A DNA stretch of 64,000 bases from Candidatus Latescibacterota bacterium. GTDB taxonomy: Bacteria; Latescibacterota; UBA2968; GCA-2709665. This document shows, one piece after another, positions 1 to 9,414 of this stretch. The translations under genes were made by a program, and so were the position numbers. Each line of letters starts with the position of its first letter. The stretch's first letter is position 1. The DNA lies in NCBI GenBank assembly GCA_965248435.1, contig OZ252100.1:3072001-3136000 (forward strand), read 5' to 3'. The notes beneath the pieces are model-generated. The model saw only the letters and a program-made list of their open reading frames with translations. It was not told the DNA's origin and searched no databases.

Positions 1-1
1 T

Positions 2-1327
2 ACCCTTCAGGATCTAGGTACCCGGCAGATCCGGGCCTTCGGAGAACAGTTGACGGTCATCGGGCTGATGGAAGCGGAAAAGTTTCGCCGCTTCAAGGAC
101 CTGGACGGTGAGATGCTGACTCCGCCCGACTTCATTGAGTCGGGCATCGGCGCCCGGGGCGAGATGCTGGAGCATAAGGAGAGGCAGGAGATCGGCCAGC
201 CGGTGGCGACTCTCGAGGAGTTCCAGCATGTCGATCCTGACGACGTCCTGATCCTTCCCTACCACTTCCTCAGAGAGGTTGGAAATCCCCCGCAGTCCCT
301 CTCTGTCCGGTTCCACCCTGAAGTGGATATCGAGGCGCAGGTCAAGGCCCTGCTTTCCCGCCTCGCCGTGGTCCTGTTCGCGGGACTCCCCGATGCAGAC
401 GGGAGGGTCAATGTGTCGGTCTACAGCTCGTTCGGTGACACCTCCTTCAGGGGACTCGGGAACCTGTTTATCCCGGTGTTGATCGCCGCCCTCATCGTCC
501 TGAACACGATGATGGGCTCGGTCTACGAACGTTTCCGGGAGATCGGCATCTACTCCGCTGTCGGTCTGGCCCCGCTGCACATCGCCTTCCTGTTTATCGC
601 CGAGGCGTGTGTCTATGCGGTCTTCGGCACGGTCGGCGGTTACCTCCTGGGGCAGGGGGTCGCCAAGATCATTCTCTGGCAGGGCTGGCTCTCCGGACTC
701 ACGCTCAACTACTCCGCCATGTCTGCCGTGTATGTCTCCGTCCTGGTGATGGCTGTGGTGGTTCTGTCTACCCTCTACCCGGCTCGGCAGGCCTCAAACA
801 TGGCGGTGCCAGACGTGACACGTCGCTGGACGCTGCCGGATCCGGAGGGGGACCACTGGCGATTCGAGTTTCCCTTCACGGTCGGGGGCAGGGAGGTCTT
901 CGGCCTCAGCAGGTTCCTGGTGGACTACTTCGAATCCCACAGCGGCGAGTCGACCGGAATGTTCATGTCTGAGGGCACGACCCTGGAGGCACGGACGACA
1001 GAGAAGGGTGAAGGGTGCACGATCGAGACCACGATCTGGGCGGCGCCCTACGACCTGGGGGTCAGCCAGAAGGTGAGTTTTGTGGCCTCACCTACGGGTG
1101 AGTTCAATATCTACTCGCTCTCGCTCGCGATCGATCGACTCTCTGGCGATGTCACCTCCTGGCAGAGGGTGAATCGCGGGTTCATGAGCGCGCTCCGGAA
1201 GCAGTTCCTGATCTGGCGGACGCTGAACCCCGAAGAACGTGAGGTCTACATCAAGAGAGGTCGTGAGATACACGAAGGCGCGATCCATGAACAGCCGACC
1301 GCTGACGACAGCCCGCGGACGACATAA
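2..1327 (+). CDS. FtsX/MacB-like ABC permease domain membrane protein, 5'-truncated by the window edge
   Basis: Frame is open from base 2. FtsX-domain signature 'LIVLNTMMGSVYERFREIGIYSAVGLAPLHIAFLFIAEA' followed by hydrophobic helices and 'STLYPARQAS', then a soluble C-terminal tail. Confidence 0.8.
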   Translation, partial: TLQDLGTRQIRAFGEQLTVIGLMEAEKFRRFKDLDGEMLTPPDFIESGIGARGEMLEHKERQEIGQPVATLEEFQHVDPDDVLILPYHFLREVGNPPQSLSVRFHPEVDIEAQVKALLSRLAVVLFAGLPDADGRVNVSVYSSFGDTSFRGLGNLFIPVLIAALIVLNTMMGSVYERFREIGIYSAVGLAPLHIAFLFIAEACVYAVFGTVGGYLLGQGVAKIILWQGWLSGLTLNYSAMSAVYVSVLVMAVVVLSTLYPARQASNMAVPDVTRRWTLPDPEGDHWRFEFPFTVGGREVFGLSRFLVDYFESHSGESTGMFMSEGTTLEARTTEKGEGCTIETTIWAAPYDLGVSQKVSFVASPTGEFNIYSLSLAIDRLSGDVTSWQRVNRGFMSALRKQFLIWRTLNPEEREVYIKRGREIHEGAIHEQPTADDSPRTT

Positions 1328-1371
1328 AGACTGGCGGCAGACTACAAACCGCTGAGCGTTGGCGCGCCTCA

Positions 1372-1561
1372 AGCGCGGGAATGAATTCTCGCGCTCGTGA
1401 AACAGGAAGTCCGCCCTGCGGCGGACTGAAGCCAGACCTTTGCTCGACGTTTCAGGTGCGAAATGATAGAGGTCCGTGTGGGTAATAGCCAGGGGAATCA
1501 ATCCGATTTGCACCCCTTTCAGAATCCTTTGAGGGCGCCGCAGGCTAAAGCCTTCGACTAC
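1372..1561. repeat. Cluster of REP-like palindromes
   Basis: AGCGCGGGAAT-ga-ATTCTCGCGCT (1372-1395), AGTCCGCC-ctgc-GGCGGACT (1408-1427), and a GTAG-tailed palindrome on the minus strand GTAGTCGAAGGCTTTAGCCTGC (1561-1540). Confidence 0.5.
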
Positions 1562-1609
1562 GGGTTCTGCGGTCCGGGGTTGTGGACAGCGTTTTTTGAA
1601 TAACAGCCT

Positions 1610-4102
1610 ATGGGACTAGCGAACCTCTTACGCAGACGCAAATCGGCCCAGTTCCAGGAGATCGAGGAATACCGGGATCTGCTGGAAACACCCGACAGCT
1701 TTGAAGAGGGCTTCAACACCAAGACGATCCTGGGCGCCCTCTTCGTCTCGGTCATCATGGTCCCGGGCAACATCTACCTGGAGCTGATGATCGGGGGCTC
1801 GATCGGGGCGGCCGCGCAATGGGTCACGATCATCCTCTTCCTGGAGCTGTCCAAGCGGTCTTTCACCGTGTTGAAGCGGCAGGAGCTCTACCTCCTCTAC
1901 TACGTCACGAGCGCGCTCGTGGCCCGGGAGACCGGCGCCTCCGACGGCATGCTCTGGAACCAGTATTTCGTCCAGTCTCCCGCGGCCAAACAGTTCGGGA
2001 TCGCCAAGCTGATCCCCTGGTGGTGGGCCCCACCGCCCGGTTCGGAGGCCCTCGCCGAGCGGACCTTCTTCCACCAGGACTGGCTCTGGCCGATCTCGAT
2101 CATGGTCCTCGGCTTCATCATGGCGCGCATCGCCTGGTTCACCGCCAGCTACGTCCTGTTCCGGCTGACTTCCGATTACGAGCGCCTCCCGTTTCCGTTC
2201 GCGCCGATCAACGCGCAGACCGCGATGGCCCTGGCCGAGGAGAGCAGCGGGGAGATCACGTGGAAATGGCGCGTCTTCAGCATCGGGGCGGTCATCGGGG
2301 TGGTCTGGGGCGCGATCTATGTGGGGGTCCCCGCGATCACGGGGGCGTTTATGGAGGAACCGGTCCAGATCATCCCGATCCCGTGGGTCGACTTCACGCA
2401 GTACACCGGCAACTTCCTGCCGGCGACGCCCCTCGGGTTCACGCTTCACCTGGGGCCGATCTTTGCCGGTCTGCTCGCGCCGTTCTGGGCGGTGATGGGG
2501 TCGTTTCTCGGTGTCGTGGTCCATTCGATCGCCAGTCCGATCCTGCACCATTACGGCTACATGCCTCACTGGATCATGGGCATGGATACGATCCAGACGC
2601 ACTTTGTGACCGGGATCGACTTCTGGATGTCTTTCGGGATCGGACTCACGTTCGCCATCACCGTCATCGGCCTGTATCAGGTCTTCACGGGTGTGCGATC
2701 TGCGAGGATCGAGAAACAGGAGAAGGGGAGCTGGACGCCTCCGGCCGGACGCGGAGACTTCCGGATCTGGATCTGCATCATCCTGTTCTGCATCGCCAGC
2801 ATCTACACGATCGCGCTCGCCAAGGTCCTCTTTCCGGCCCTGATCGGCAGGACCGTGATGATCTTCTTTCTGGTCTTCGCCTTCATATACACGCCGCTCA
2901 TCTCCTTTGTCAACGCGCGGTTGGACGGACTCGTCGGCCAGCAAACCAACATTCCGTATGTCAAAGAGACCACGATCTTCCTCAGCGGCTTCCAGGGGGT
3001 CGACATCTGGTTCGTCCCGTTCCCGATGACCACCTACGCAGCCGAAGCCAATAAATTCAGAGAGATCGAACTGACCGGGTCGAAGTTCACCGGCATCCTG
3101 AAGGCCGAACTCTTCATGGTTCCGCTGATTCTGTTCACCAGTTTTTTCTACTGGTCCTACATCTGGAAGCTGGCGCCGATCCCCTCGGATGCCTATCCCT
3201 ACGCCCAGTTGATGTGGCCGCTCCGCGCGCTGCAGCAGAGCGTCTGGTATACGAGCACGATGCGCAGTGAAATCGTGCCCGACGCCAGGGCGGGAAACAT
3301 CACCTGGATTCCGGGAAACCTGACCGACGGGGGCTGGTGGTACTGGCGTGCCCGGACACGGGAGGACACAGACTCGGAGGCGTTCAGGAAGCGATTCGAG
3401 GCCTGGATGTCGGGTCCCGAGAAGAAGGATTCGAACAGCGACGGGAAGATCGATGAGGAGGATCTCAGGGCGGTCGGTCCCTGGTCGCGGGTCGGAACCT
3501 TCTATACTAACTTCGAAGGTACAGACCCACCGCCTGACCCGCCACCGTCGGTCCGCGTCGAGCCCTTAACCCGAAGGATCTCAGAAACCTTGCCGTCCAC
3601 GCCACCCGCGATTAAACGGCCCGTGGACGGCCACCACGTGGACACGCCCAACCCCAAGCTCATGATCGAAGGGTTTCTGGGCGCCGAGGGGCAGACCTGG
3701 GTCTACGAGTTCGAGGTCGATGAGGTCCCTTCATTCGATGGGGCCTTCCTTCAGAGCTCTGACGACAAGCCGATCCTGTTCGAGGCCCTGAAGCCGAAGG
3801 TGATCGCGATCGGTTTCGCCGTCGGCCTGTTGACCTTCATCATCCTGTCCGTCTTCGGGCTTCCGATCCTCCTGATCTTCGGCTACGTGCGGAGCCTGAC
3901 CAACATCCCGCACGTGATGATCACCGAAATCATCGGCGCGCTCCTCGCACGCTACTATTTCCAGAAGAAATACGGCAGGCAACAGTGGCGCCTCTACGCC
4001 GCCGTCCTGCTCGCCGGTTTCTTCGCCGGCATGGCCCTCGTGGGGATGGGCTCTGTCTCGATCGCGATGATACAGAAATCGGTTTCTGTATTGCTGTTTT
4101 GA
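1610..4102 (+). CDS. OPT-superfamily-like polytopic membrane transporter with a ~165-aa soluble insertion
   Basis: 830 aa with many hydrophobic helices; OPT-like motifs 'NIYLELMIG', 'QELYLLY', 'ERLPFPFA', 'APIPSDAYPYAQLMWP'; one hydrophilic insert near 3268-3770. Confidence 0.7.
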   Translation: MGLANLLRRRKSAQFQEIEEYRDLLETPDSFEEGFNTKTILGALFVSVIMVPGNIYLELMIGGSIGAAAQWVTIILFLELSKRSFTVLKRQELYLLYYVTSALVARETGASDGMLWNQYFVQSPAAKQFGIAKLIPWWWAPPPGSEALAERTFFHQDWLWPISIMVLGFIMARIAWFTASYVLFRLTSDYERLPFPFAPINAQTAMALAEESSGEITWKWRVFSIGAVIGVVWGAIYVGVPAITGAFMEEPVQIIPIPWVDFTQYTGNFLPATPLGFTLHLGPIFAGLLAPFWAVMGSFLGVVVHSIASPILHHYGYMPHWIMGMDTIQTHFVTGIDFWMSFGIGLTFAITVIGLYQVFTGVRSARIEKQEKGSWTPPAGRGDFRIWICIILFCIASIYTIALAKVLFPALIGRTVMIFFLVFAFIYTPLISFVNARLDGLVGQQTNIPYVKETTIFLSGFQGVDIWFVPFPMTTYAAEANKFREIELTGSKFTGILKAELFMVPLILFTSFFYWSYIWKLAPIPSDAYPYAQLMWPLRALQQSVWYTSTMRSEIVPDARAGNITWIPGNLTDGGWWYWRARTREDTDSEAFRKRFEAWMSGPEKKDSNSDGKIDEEDLRAVGPWSRVGTFYTNFEGTDPPPDPPPSVRVEPLTRRISETLPSTPPAIKRPVDGHHVDTPNPKLMIEGFLGAEGQTWVYEFEVDEVPSFDGAFLQSSDDKPILFEALKPKVIAIGFAVGLLTFIILSVFGLPILLIFGYVRSLTNIPHVMITEIIGALLARYYFQKKYGRQQWRLYAAVLLAGFFAGMALVGMGSVSIAMIQKSVSVLLF

Positions 4103-4289
4103 GATGCCGTATCTTGTATCGGGTATTTTTATCTCCTGGGCTCCTATCGCCAGGTGCTTAGTTTCGCAAAATTCAGAGAGCGGCTGGAAGGTGTAGGTAG
4201 GCATATCGCGGAAGCTGTCGCTCGGCGGAGCGCGTACGTTCGATGAACGTTTCGAGATGCTCCGCCATCACCTGATACAAAGGTTCGGC

Positions 4290-4816
4290 TTCCGGGGAAC
4301 GCCGTCGGTAGCCGCAAGTGCGCGAACCGAACTACGCCGATCACGCCACCGAAACGAACAACCCGATCCCGTCCGAGCCGGTCGTCTTCTCCAAGTTCAC
4401 GACCACGATCGTCGGTCCGAACGATTCCATTCCCTATCCGGCGGCCAGCAAGAAGGTCGACTATGAAGTGGAACTGATGGCCGTCATCGGACGCGGAGGA
4501 AAAAATATCCCCTAGGGCGAGGCACTCGATCACGTCTTCGGCTACACCGTGGGAAACGACGTCAGCGCCCATGACGATCAGATGGAAAAGTCGGCAGGAC
4601 AAGGGATTATGTGGAAAACTTCGACCACTTCTGTCCGATCGGACCAGCTGATCCCCTACCTGTCGCACGTCTTCACGCTGATGCCCGGAGACCTGGTCCT
4701 GCCAGTACCCCCGCAGGTGTCGGAATGGGGCGAACCCCTCGATCTGGCTCAAGGCTGATGACAGCATCCTGTCTGAAATCGATCAGCTTGGACGGCTGGA
4801 GAACCAGATCGTCTAG
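4290..4816 (+). pseudogene. Fumarylacetoacetate hydrolase (FAH) family pseudogene
   Basis: FAH motifs spread over several frames: NYADHA, 'PVVFSK', '[12 protein letters not shown]', in-frame TAG at 4513-4515, 'GYTVGNDVSA', 'FCPIGP', 'FTLMPGDLVL', 'TPAGVG', 'EIDQLGRLENQIV*'. Confidence 0.85.
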
Positions 4817-4886
4817 ATTTCTTGGTCCAAGAGAAGAAAGGCAAGGTGATCTCCCACCTTGCCTTTCTTTCTGAGACTTCCGGCCA

Positions 4887-4902
4887 CGTTTCACGTGGAA
4901 CG
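4887..4902. promoter_or_regulatory. parS site
   Basis: CGTTTCACGTGGAACG matches the widespread parS consensus tGTTtCACGTGaAACa; origin-proximal. Confidence 0.85.
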
Positions 4903-4916
4903 TCAGTTCCGATCAC

Positions 4917-5597
4917 CTACCCTCTCATACGATCGCCGCCAACCTTCAGAAAGACGAGGGCCCGTCCCGCTTCAGCTCCCGGGATCTCCAGGACTTCCTC
5001 CCTGCCGTTAACCTCCTCGGGCAGGGATTCGCCGACCTCGGCGAACTCGCCCGGCCCCTTGAAGGCGATCAGCTCTCCCCCGGGCTCCAAAAAGGGAACT
5101 GCGAGCTGCCAGAGCAGGGGAAACGCCGCCACGGCCCTGGCCGTAACAACGCGGAACCGGGTGCGGTAATTGCGTTCCAGACTGGCCTGTTCCGCCCTTG
5201 CACGGATAACTTCCAGGCCAGAAAGGCCCAGAACTTCTCTGATGTGGGCCAGAAAGAGCGTTCTTGTCCGCTTGGACTCCAGGAGAGAGACGTGAACTTC
5301 TGGTCTGACGATCTTGACAGGGATGCCCGGAAGCCCTGCCCCGCTTCCAAGATCCAGCAGGTCAAACGGACCCTCGGGAAGGAAGGGAACGAGGGCGAGA
5401 CATTCCAGGAAATGACGTTCTGCAAGGACGCCAAGGTCGTTGCGTGAGACGAGACTGCCCCGGGCCGACCAGGCTTTGATTCCCTCCCCGTAGGTCTCAA
5501 ACTGCTCCAACGCCTCCGATGACAGCCTGACTCCGAGATTCTCCGAGGCCTTTCGAAAGGGTTCTCCACAAACGAGGTTTTTTGTCCCCTGTTCCAC
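4917..5597 (-). CDS. rsmG: 16S rRNA (guanine527-N7)-methyltransferase
   Basis: 'ERHFLECL', 'LDLGSGAGLPGIP', 'VTARAVA', 'FKG'; downstream of mnmE. Confidence 0.93.
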   Translation of the reverse strand: MEQGTKNLVCGEPFRKASENLGVRLSSEALEQFETYGEGIKAWSARGSLVSRNDLGVLAERHFLECLALVPFLPEGPFDLLDLGSGAGLPGIPVKIVRPEVHVSLLESKRTRTLFLAHIREVLGLSGLEVIRARAEQASLERNYRTRFRVVTARAVAAFPLLWQLAVPFLEPGGELIAFKGPGEFAEVGESLPEEVNGREEVLEIPGAEAGRALVFLKVGGDRMRG

Positions 5598-5605
5598 GTG
5601 GAACG
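5590..5605. promoter_or_regulatory. parS site overlapping the rsmG start
   Basis: TGTTCCACGTGGAACG, a near-perfect 16-bp palindrome between the mnmE stop and rsmG. Confidence 0.88.
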
Positions 5606-6961
5606 TTACTTTCCGATGCAGAAGGAGTCGAATATTCGGTCCAGCACATCCTCAGGGGTCGTTTCTCCAACGATCTCTCCCAGGGCCTCAAGGGCCGACC
5701 TGATCTCAAAGGCAACCAACTCCCCGGGCAGGCGCTCTCCGAGTGCGCATTCGGCCCTGTGGAGGGCCTCCCTGGTGACCCTGAGGGCCTCGACGTGGCG
5801 TTCGTGGGTGACGACCTCCCCACTGCACGGGGATTCGCCCAGCGTTTCGTTTCGGATCACTTCCTTCAGGGCGTCCATTCCCTCTCCAGTGAGGGCTGAG
5901 GTGCCAACGGACGTCCAACCGTTGGCAAGTTCGTCCCAACCCAGATGCGTGCCCAGATCAAGCTTGTTCACAACCAGGACGGCCCCGCCACGGATCTCTC
6001 CCAGCAGCCTCGCGTCCTCTTCATCTGGACAGACAGCGCCGTCCACGACCACCAGGACCAACTCCGCCTGATCGATCGACAGACGCGACCTGCGGGTTCC
6101 CTCCCGTTCAACTGGATCCGTGGCAGGCCGAATGCCGGCCGTATCCACCAACGTGAGGGGCAGCCCATCCAGGCTCAGGCTCTCCTCGATCGTATCCCGC
6201 GTCGTTCCCGGAATCTCGGTCACGATGGCTCGATCCTGCTCCAGGAGCCGGTTCATCAGGCTCGACTTACCCACGTTCGGCCTCCCTGCCAGCGCGATGC
6301 GAAGCCCTTCCCTCACCACCTTCCCCTGGCGATAGGAAGAAATCAGGCCGTCAACTTCCTCGCGTACGCAGGAAACCTCCCGAAGCACCGACTGAAGGTC
6401 GATGGCCACGTCTTCCGAAAAGTCAAGCCCGGCCTCGAGGAAGGTCATCGCCTGGCGCAGGTCCTCGGCCATACACTCGAATCGCCGCCTCAGTCCGCCC
6501 CGTAGTTGGAAAAAGGCCGACTGGAGGCCAAGATCGCCCCGAGCGGAGATTAAATCCGCCACGGCCTCCGCCTGTGTCAGATCGATCCGGTCGTTCATGT
6601 AGGCCCGCCGGGTGAACTCACCCCTCCCTGCGCGCCTCGCCCCGGCAGACACAAAGGCCCCCACAGCCCGACGAAGCAGCAGGGGACCCCCGTGACAGTT
6701 AAACTCGACCAGATCTTCACCCGTATAGCTTCGGGGCGACCTCATCACCGAAACGAGCACCTCGTCCACGTCCTTCCCCCCAAAGTTCAGCCATCCCTGC
6801 ACGATCCGCCTGTCACCCGTCTGCTTCAGTGGATGTTTTCCACGGAAGCAGCGGTCCCCAATCTGGATCGCTTCGGCCCCACTCAGGCGCACGATCCCGA
6901 TGGCCCCCTCCCCAGGCCCGGTAGCAACGGCAACGATCGTATCTTTGTCAGAGTCTCTCAC
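5606..6961 (-). CDS. mnmE: tRNA modification GTPase MnmE
   Basis: 'DTIVAVAT', 'SYTGED..E..CHG', 'GRPNVGKSS', 'GTTRD', 'DTAG', 'NKLD', C-terminal 'FCIGK'. Start moved to GTG 6961 to avoid overlapping yidC. Confidence 0.96.
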   Translation of the reverse strand: MRDSDKDTIVAVATGPGEGAIGIVRLSGAEAIQIGDRCFRGKHPLKQTGDRRIVQGWLNFGGKDVDEVLVSVMRSPRSYTGEDLVEFNCHGGPLLLRRAVGAFVSAGARRAGRGEFTRRAYMNDRIDLTQAEAVADLISARGDLGLQSAFFQLRGGLRRRFECMAEDLRQAMTFLEAGLDFSEDVAIDLQSVLREVSCVREEVDGLISSYRQGKVVREGLRIALAGRPNVGKSSLMNRLLEQDRAIVTEIPGTTRDTIEESLSLDGLPLTLVDTAGIRPATDPVEREGTRRSRLSIDQAELVLVVVDGAVCPDEEDARLLGEIRGGAVLVVNKLDLGTHLGWDELANGWTSVGTSALTGEGMDALKEVIRNETLGESPCSGEVVTHERHVEALRVTREALHRAECALGERLPGELVAFEIRSALEALGEIVGETTPEDVLDRIFDSFCIGK

Positions 6962-6974
6962 AACCCAATCGCTC

Positions 6975-8711
6975 TCACTTTGTCCCGAGCATTGTCTTAG
7001 TCCGCTCCATAACGCGCTGCTGCAGCAGGGTGAGGAGGTTGAACATCGTAAAATAGAGCACAAGACCGGAAGACATACTCCAGAAGATCCAGATCATGAA
7101 GACGGGCATGATGTAGACAAACATCGCCTGCTTCGGGTCCTTCATGGTCATTTTTGACTGGAAGAACATGGAAACGGCCATGGCCAGCGGCAAAACGTGG
7201 AGATCAAACCCGCCAAGGGAAAGGGGAAGGGAAAGGCTGTCCGGCTTTGACAGATCCACGATCCAGAACATGAACTCGGACTGTCTAAGCTCGATCGCCC
7301 CCCGGAAGACGTTGAATAGTGAAAAAAGGACAGGCATCTGAAGGAACATCGGGAGACAGCCTCCCAACGGGTTGATCTTCTCCTCCTTGTAGAGCTTCAT
7401 CATCTCCTGGCTGACCTTCTGCTGATCGTCCGGGTACTTTTCTCTAAGGGCAGTGATCTTGGGCTGGAGCTGCTGCATCTTTGCGGCCGCCTCGAGGCTC
7501 TTATGAGTCAGCGGGAAAACGACGATCTTGACCAGGATGGAGAAGATGATGATTACAAGGCCGTAGTTCGGCACGACTTCGTGAAGCGCGAGAAAGGACT
7601 TGAGGATAACGATGGTGAAGGGCTTCATGATCGGGTGGAGGATGGACCGAAGGAAGGGCGCATACTCTATGAATTCGTCGAGCTGCAGCTCCCTCTCGTT
7701 CCCGTAGAGGTCCACGTTCTGCCTCCGAAGAAGGTCGTATGATATCGGTCCGATATAGATCCCGTAGTCAAGCTGGCCCCCATCGGCCGAAGAAACCAAC
7801 TCGGCCCTGTAATCGGGAAGCGCGGAGTCACTCTCCTTCCAGCCCCCCAGGTCTACGTCGTATCGCCCCTCGGGCGGAATGAGCGCGGCCATAAAGTACT
7901 TGTTGCGCACGGCCACCCAGGAAACCTGGCCGCTTGGCCGGGTCTCTTCTTCTTCGAGCCTGTCCAGGGTCCAGGTCTCGACCTCCTCGCCCGCCCGTGT
8001 CACGATCTGATCGTAAGACATGCTGTAGAAACCGCTCGATTCCTCGGCAGACCCCTCGGTGTCCGCCAGGCCGCCAGACCAGCCCAGTCCCACCTTACTC
8101 CCCCTGGGAAACCCTGGTGTCGCCACGGTCACATCCATACGATATCGATTGCCCTGAAAACGGAACCGTTTCTCGATGAGGGCACCCTCCACGGTTGCCC
8201 GAAAGGTCAACCCGGCCTGCTCTGACCCATGGAGCATAAGAGACTCGATGTCCGCAACGAAATCGACAGACTCTGGGGGCAGGTCGGAGGTTGACAGTCC
8301 CAGTCCTGAGTTCCCCGCTTTGATAAGCTCCTGGGGATACCCGTCGTGATCGAGGTATGCCTTCAACCTCCAACTGACGATTCGAGCCCCGTGCGTCGTA
8401 AACTTGGCCGAATAGAGATCGGTCTCGACCGTGACGTGCCGCTCCGGTTTGCGAGCGGCCCTTGCCTCCACCGGTCGCTCAGCCCCTTTCTGACTGGCGG
8501 TCTCTACGGGATCGTCAGTCGGTCCCGGTGGAGCTTCAAGCTTAGAAACAGGGGGTGAAACAGGGACCGTCCCCCTAAACTCTTCGTATGACTGCCTTTC
8601 CTCCACAGGAACTCGGTGTTCAGGATCCCCCTGCAGCCACCTGAGGTAGGGGCCCATGGCGAGGATGATCAAGATAATCAGGGCAAATGCAAGGATGGTT
8701 CGGCTGTCCAT
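6975..8711 (-). CDS. yidC: Membrane protein insertase YidC
   Basis: N-terminal TM, periplasmic domain ('NKYF'), 'NYGLVII', 'NPLGGCLP', 'SGLVLY'. Confidence 0.95.
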   Translation of the reverse strand: MDSRTILAFALIILIILAMGPYLRWLQGDPEHRVPVEERQSYEEFRGTVPVSPPVSKLEAPPGPTDDPVETASQKGAERPVEARAARKPERHVTVETDLYSAKFTTHGARIVSWRLKAYLDHDGYPQELIKAGNSGLGLSTSDLPPESVDFVADIESLMLHGSEQAGLTFRATVEGALIEKRFRFQGNRYRMDVTVATPGFPRGSKVGLGWSGGLADTEGSAEESSGFYSMSYDQIVTRAGEEVETWTLDRLEEEETRPSGQVSWVAVRNKYFMAALIPPEGRYDVDLGGWKESDSALPDYRAELVSSADGGQLDYGIYIGPISYDLLRRQNVDLYGNERELQLDEFIEYAPFLRSILHPIMKPFTIVILKSFLALHEVVPNYGLVIIIFSILVKIVVFPLTHKSLEAAAKMQQLQPKITALREKYPDDQQKVSQEMMKLYKEEKINPLGGCLPMFLQMPVLFSLFNVFRGAIELRQSEFMFWIVDLSKPDSLSLPLSLGGFDLHVLPLAMAVSMFFQSKMTMKDPKQAMFVYIMPVFMIWIFWSMSSGLVLYFTMFNLLTLLQQRVMERTKTMLGTK

Positions 8712-8737
8712 TCAGATTGCTTTCCTAAAAGCGATCT

Positions 8738-8947
8738 CTAGGGTATGGGGTCGTAGCCGGAGCTTCCCCAGGGATGACACCGGGTGATTCGACGGAGCAG
8801 GAAGAAGCCGCCTCGAAGCAGTCCGTGTCGTTCAAGTGCCTGGATGGCGTAGCTCGAGCACGTGGGTTGGAATCGGCAACGTGGGAGGGTGAAGGGTGAG
8901 ACGAGGACGATGTAGGTGCGGATGAACCAGATCGCGATCTGGTTCAC
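8738..8947 (-). CDS. yidD: Membrane protein insertion efficiency factor YidD
   Basis: 'CRFQPTCSSYA', 'RCHPW...GYDP'; between rnpA and yidC. Confidence 0.95.
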   Translation of the reverse strand: MNQIAIWFIRTYIVLVSPFTLPRCRFQPTCSSYAIQALERHGLLRGGFFLLRRITRCHPWGSSGYDPIP

Positions 8948-9273
8948 CGGTCGAGGAGACTCAGCTCGGCGAGGGCCGTGAAGAGGTCGGATCGAAGCTG
9001 ACGATACAACACTCCACGAGCTTCGTCCCGTAGAGAGATCATGAGAAGGTGGCCTTGTGGGCTGTCTATGCCGAATTCCCGACAGATTGACCTGAGACGG
9101 CGGCGGGCGAGGTTTCTCCTCACTGCACCGCCATATTTTTTTCTGACTGAAATGAGCGTCCGGCCCGGGTCAGATCTCCCGACGCGAACCTGCAGCCACT
9201 GCCCTCGATACGAGCGCCCGCCCCTCACCACGCGACGGATCTGACTTCTGAGCCTCTGGTTAGGCCTGCCCAT
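8944..9273 (-). CDS. rnpA: Ribonuclease P protein component
   Basis: Basic 109 aa; 'KKYGGAVRRNLARRRLR' RNR motif; follows rpmH. Confidence 0.88.
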   Translation of the reverse strand: MGRPNQRLRSQIRRVVRGGRSYRGQWLQVRVGRSDPGRTLISVRKKYGGAVRRNLARRRLRSICREFGIDSPQGHLLMISLRDEARGVLYRQLRSDLFTALAELSLLDR

Positions 9274-9279
9274 GGGCGG

Positions 9280-9414
9280 TCAAACGGAAACTCGTTTCCG
9301 CCCCTTTCGACGACGGCGCGCGAGGACTCTGCGTCCACCTGGACTGCTCATTCGTTCTCGGAAGCCGTGTTTGTTCTTCCGCTTTCGATTGCTTGGCTGG
9401 AATGTGCGCTTCAC
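9280..9414 (-). CDS. rpmH: 50S ribosomal protein L34
   Basis: GTG start at 9414: [44 protein letters not shown]. Confidence 0.97.
   Translation of the reverse strand: MKRTFQPSNRKRKNKHGFRERMSSPGGRRVLARRRRKGRKRVSV

Noticed and set aside
1628-3054. Long overlapping ORFs (438 aa minus, 411 aa plus) within the OPT-like gene
   Set aside because: Stop-poor alternative frames expected at high GC3; low-complexity R/D/P/G composition.
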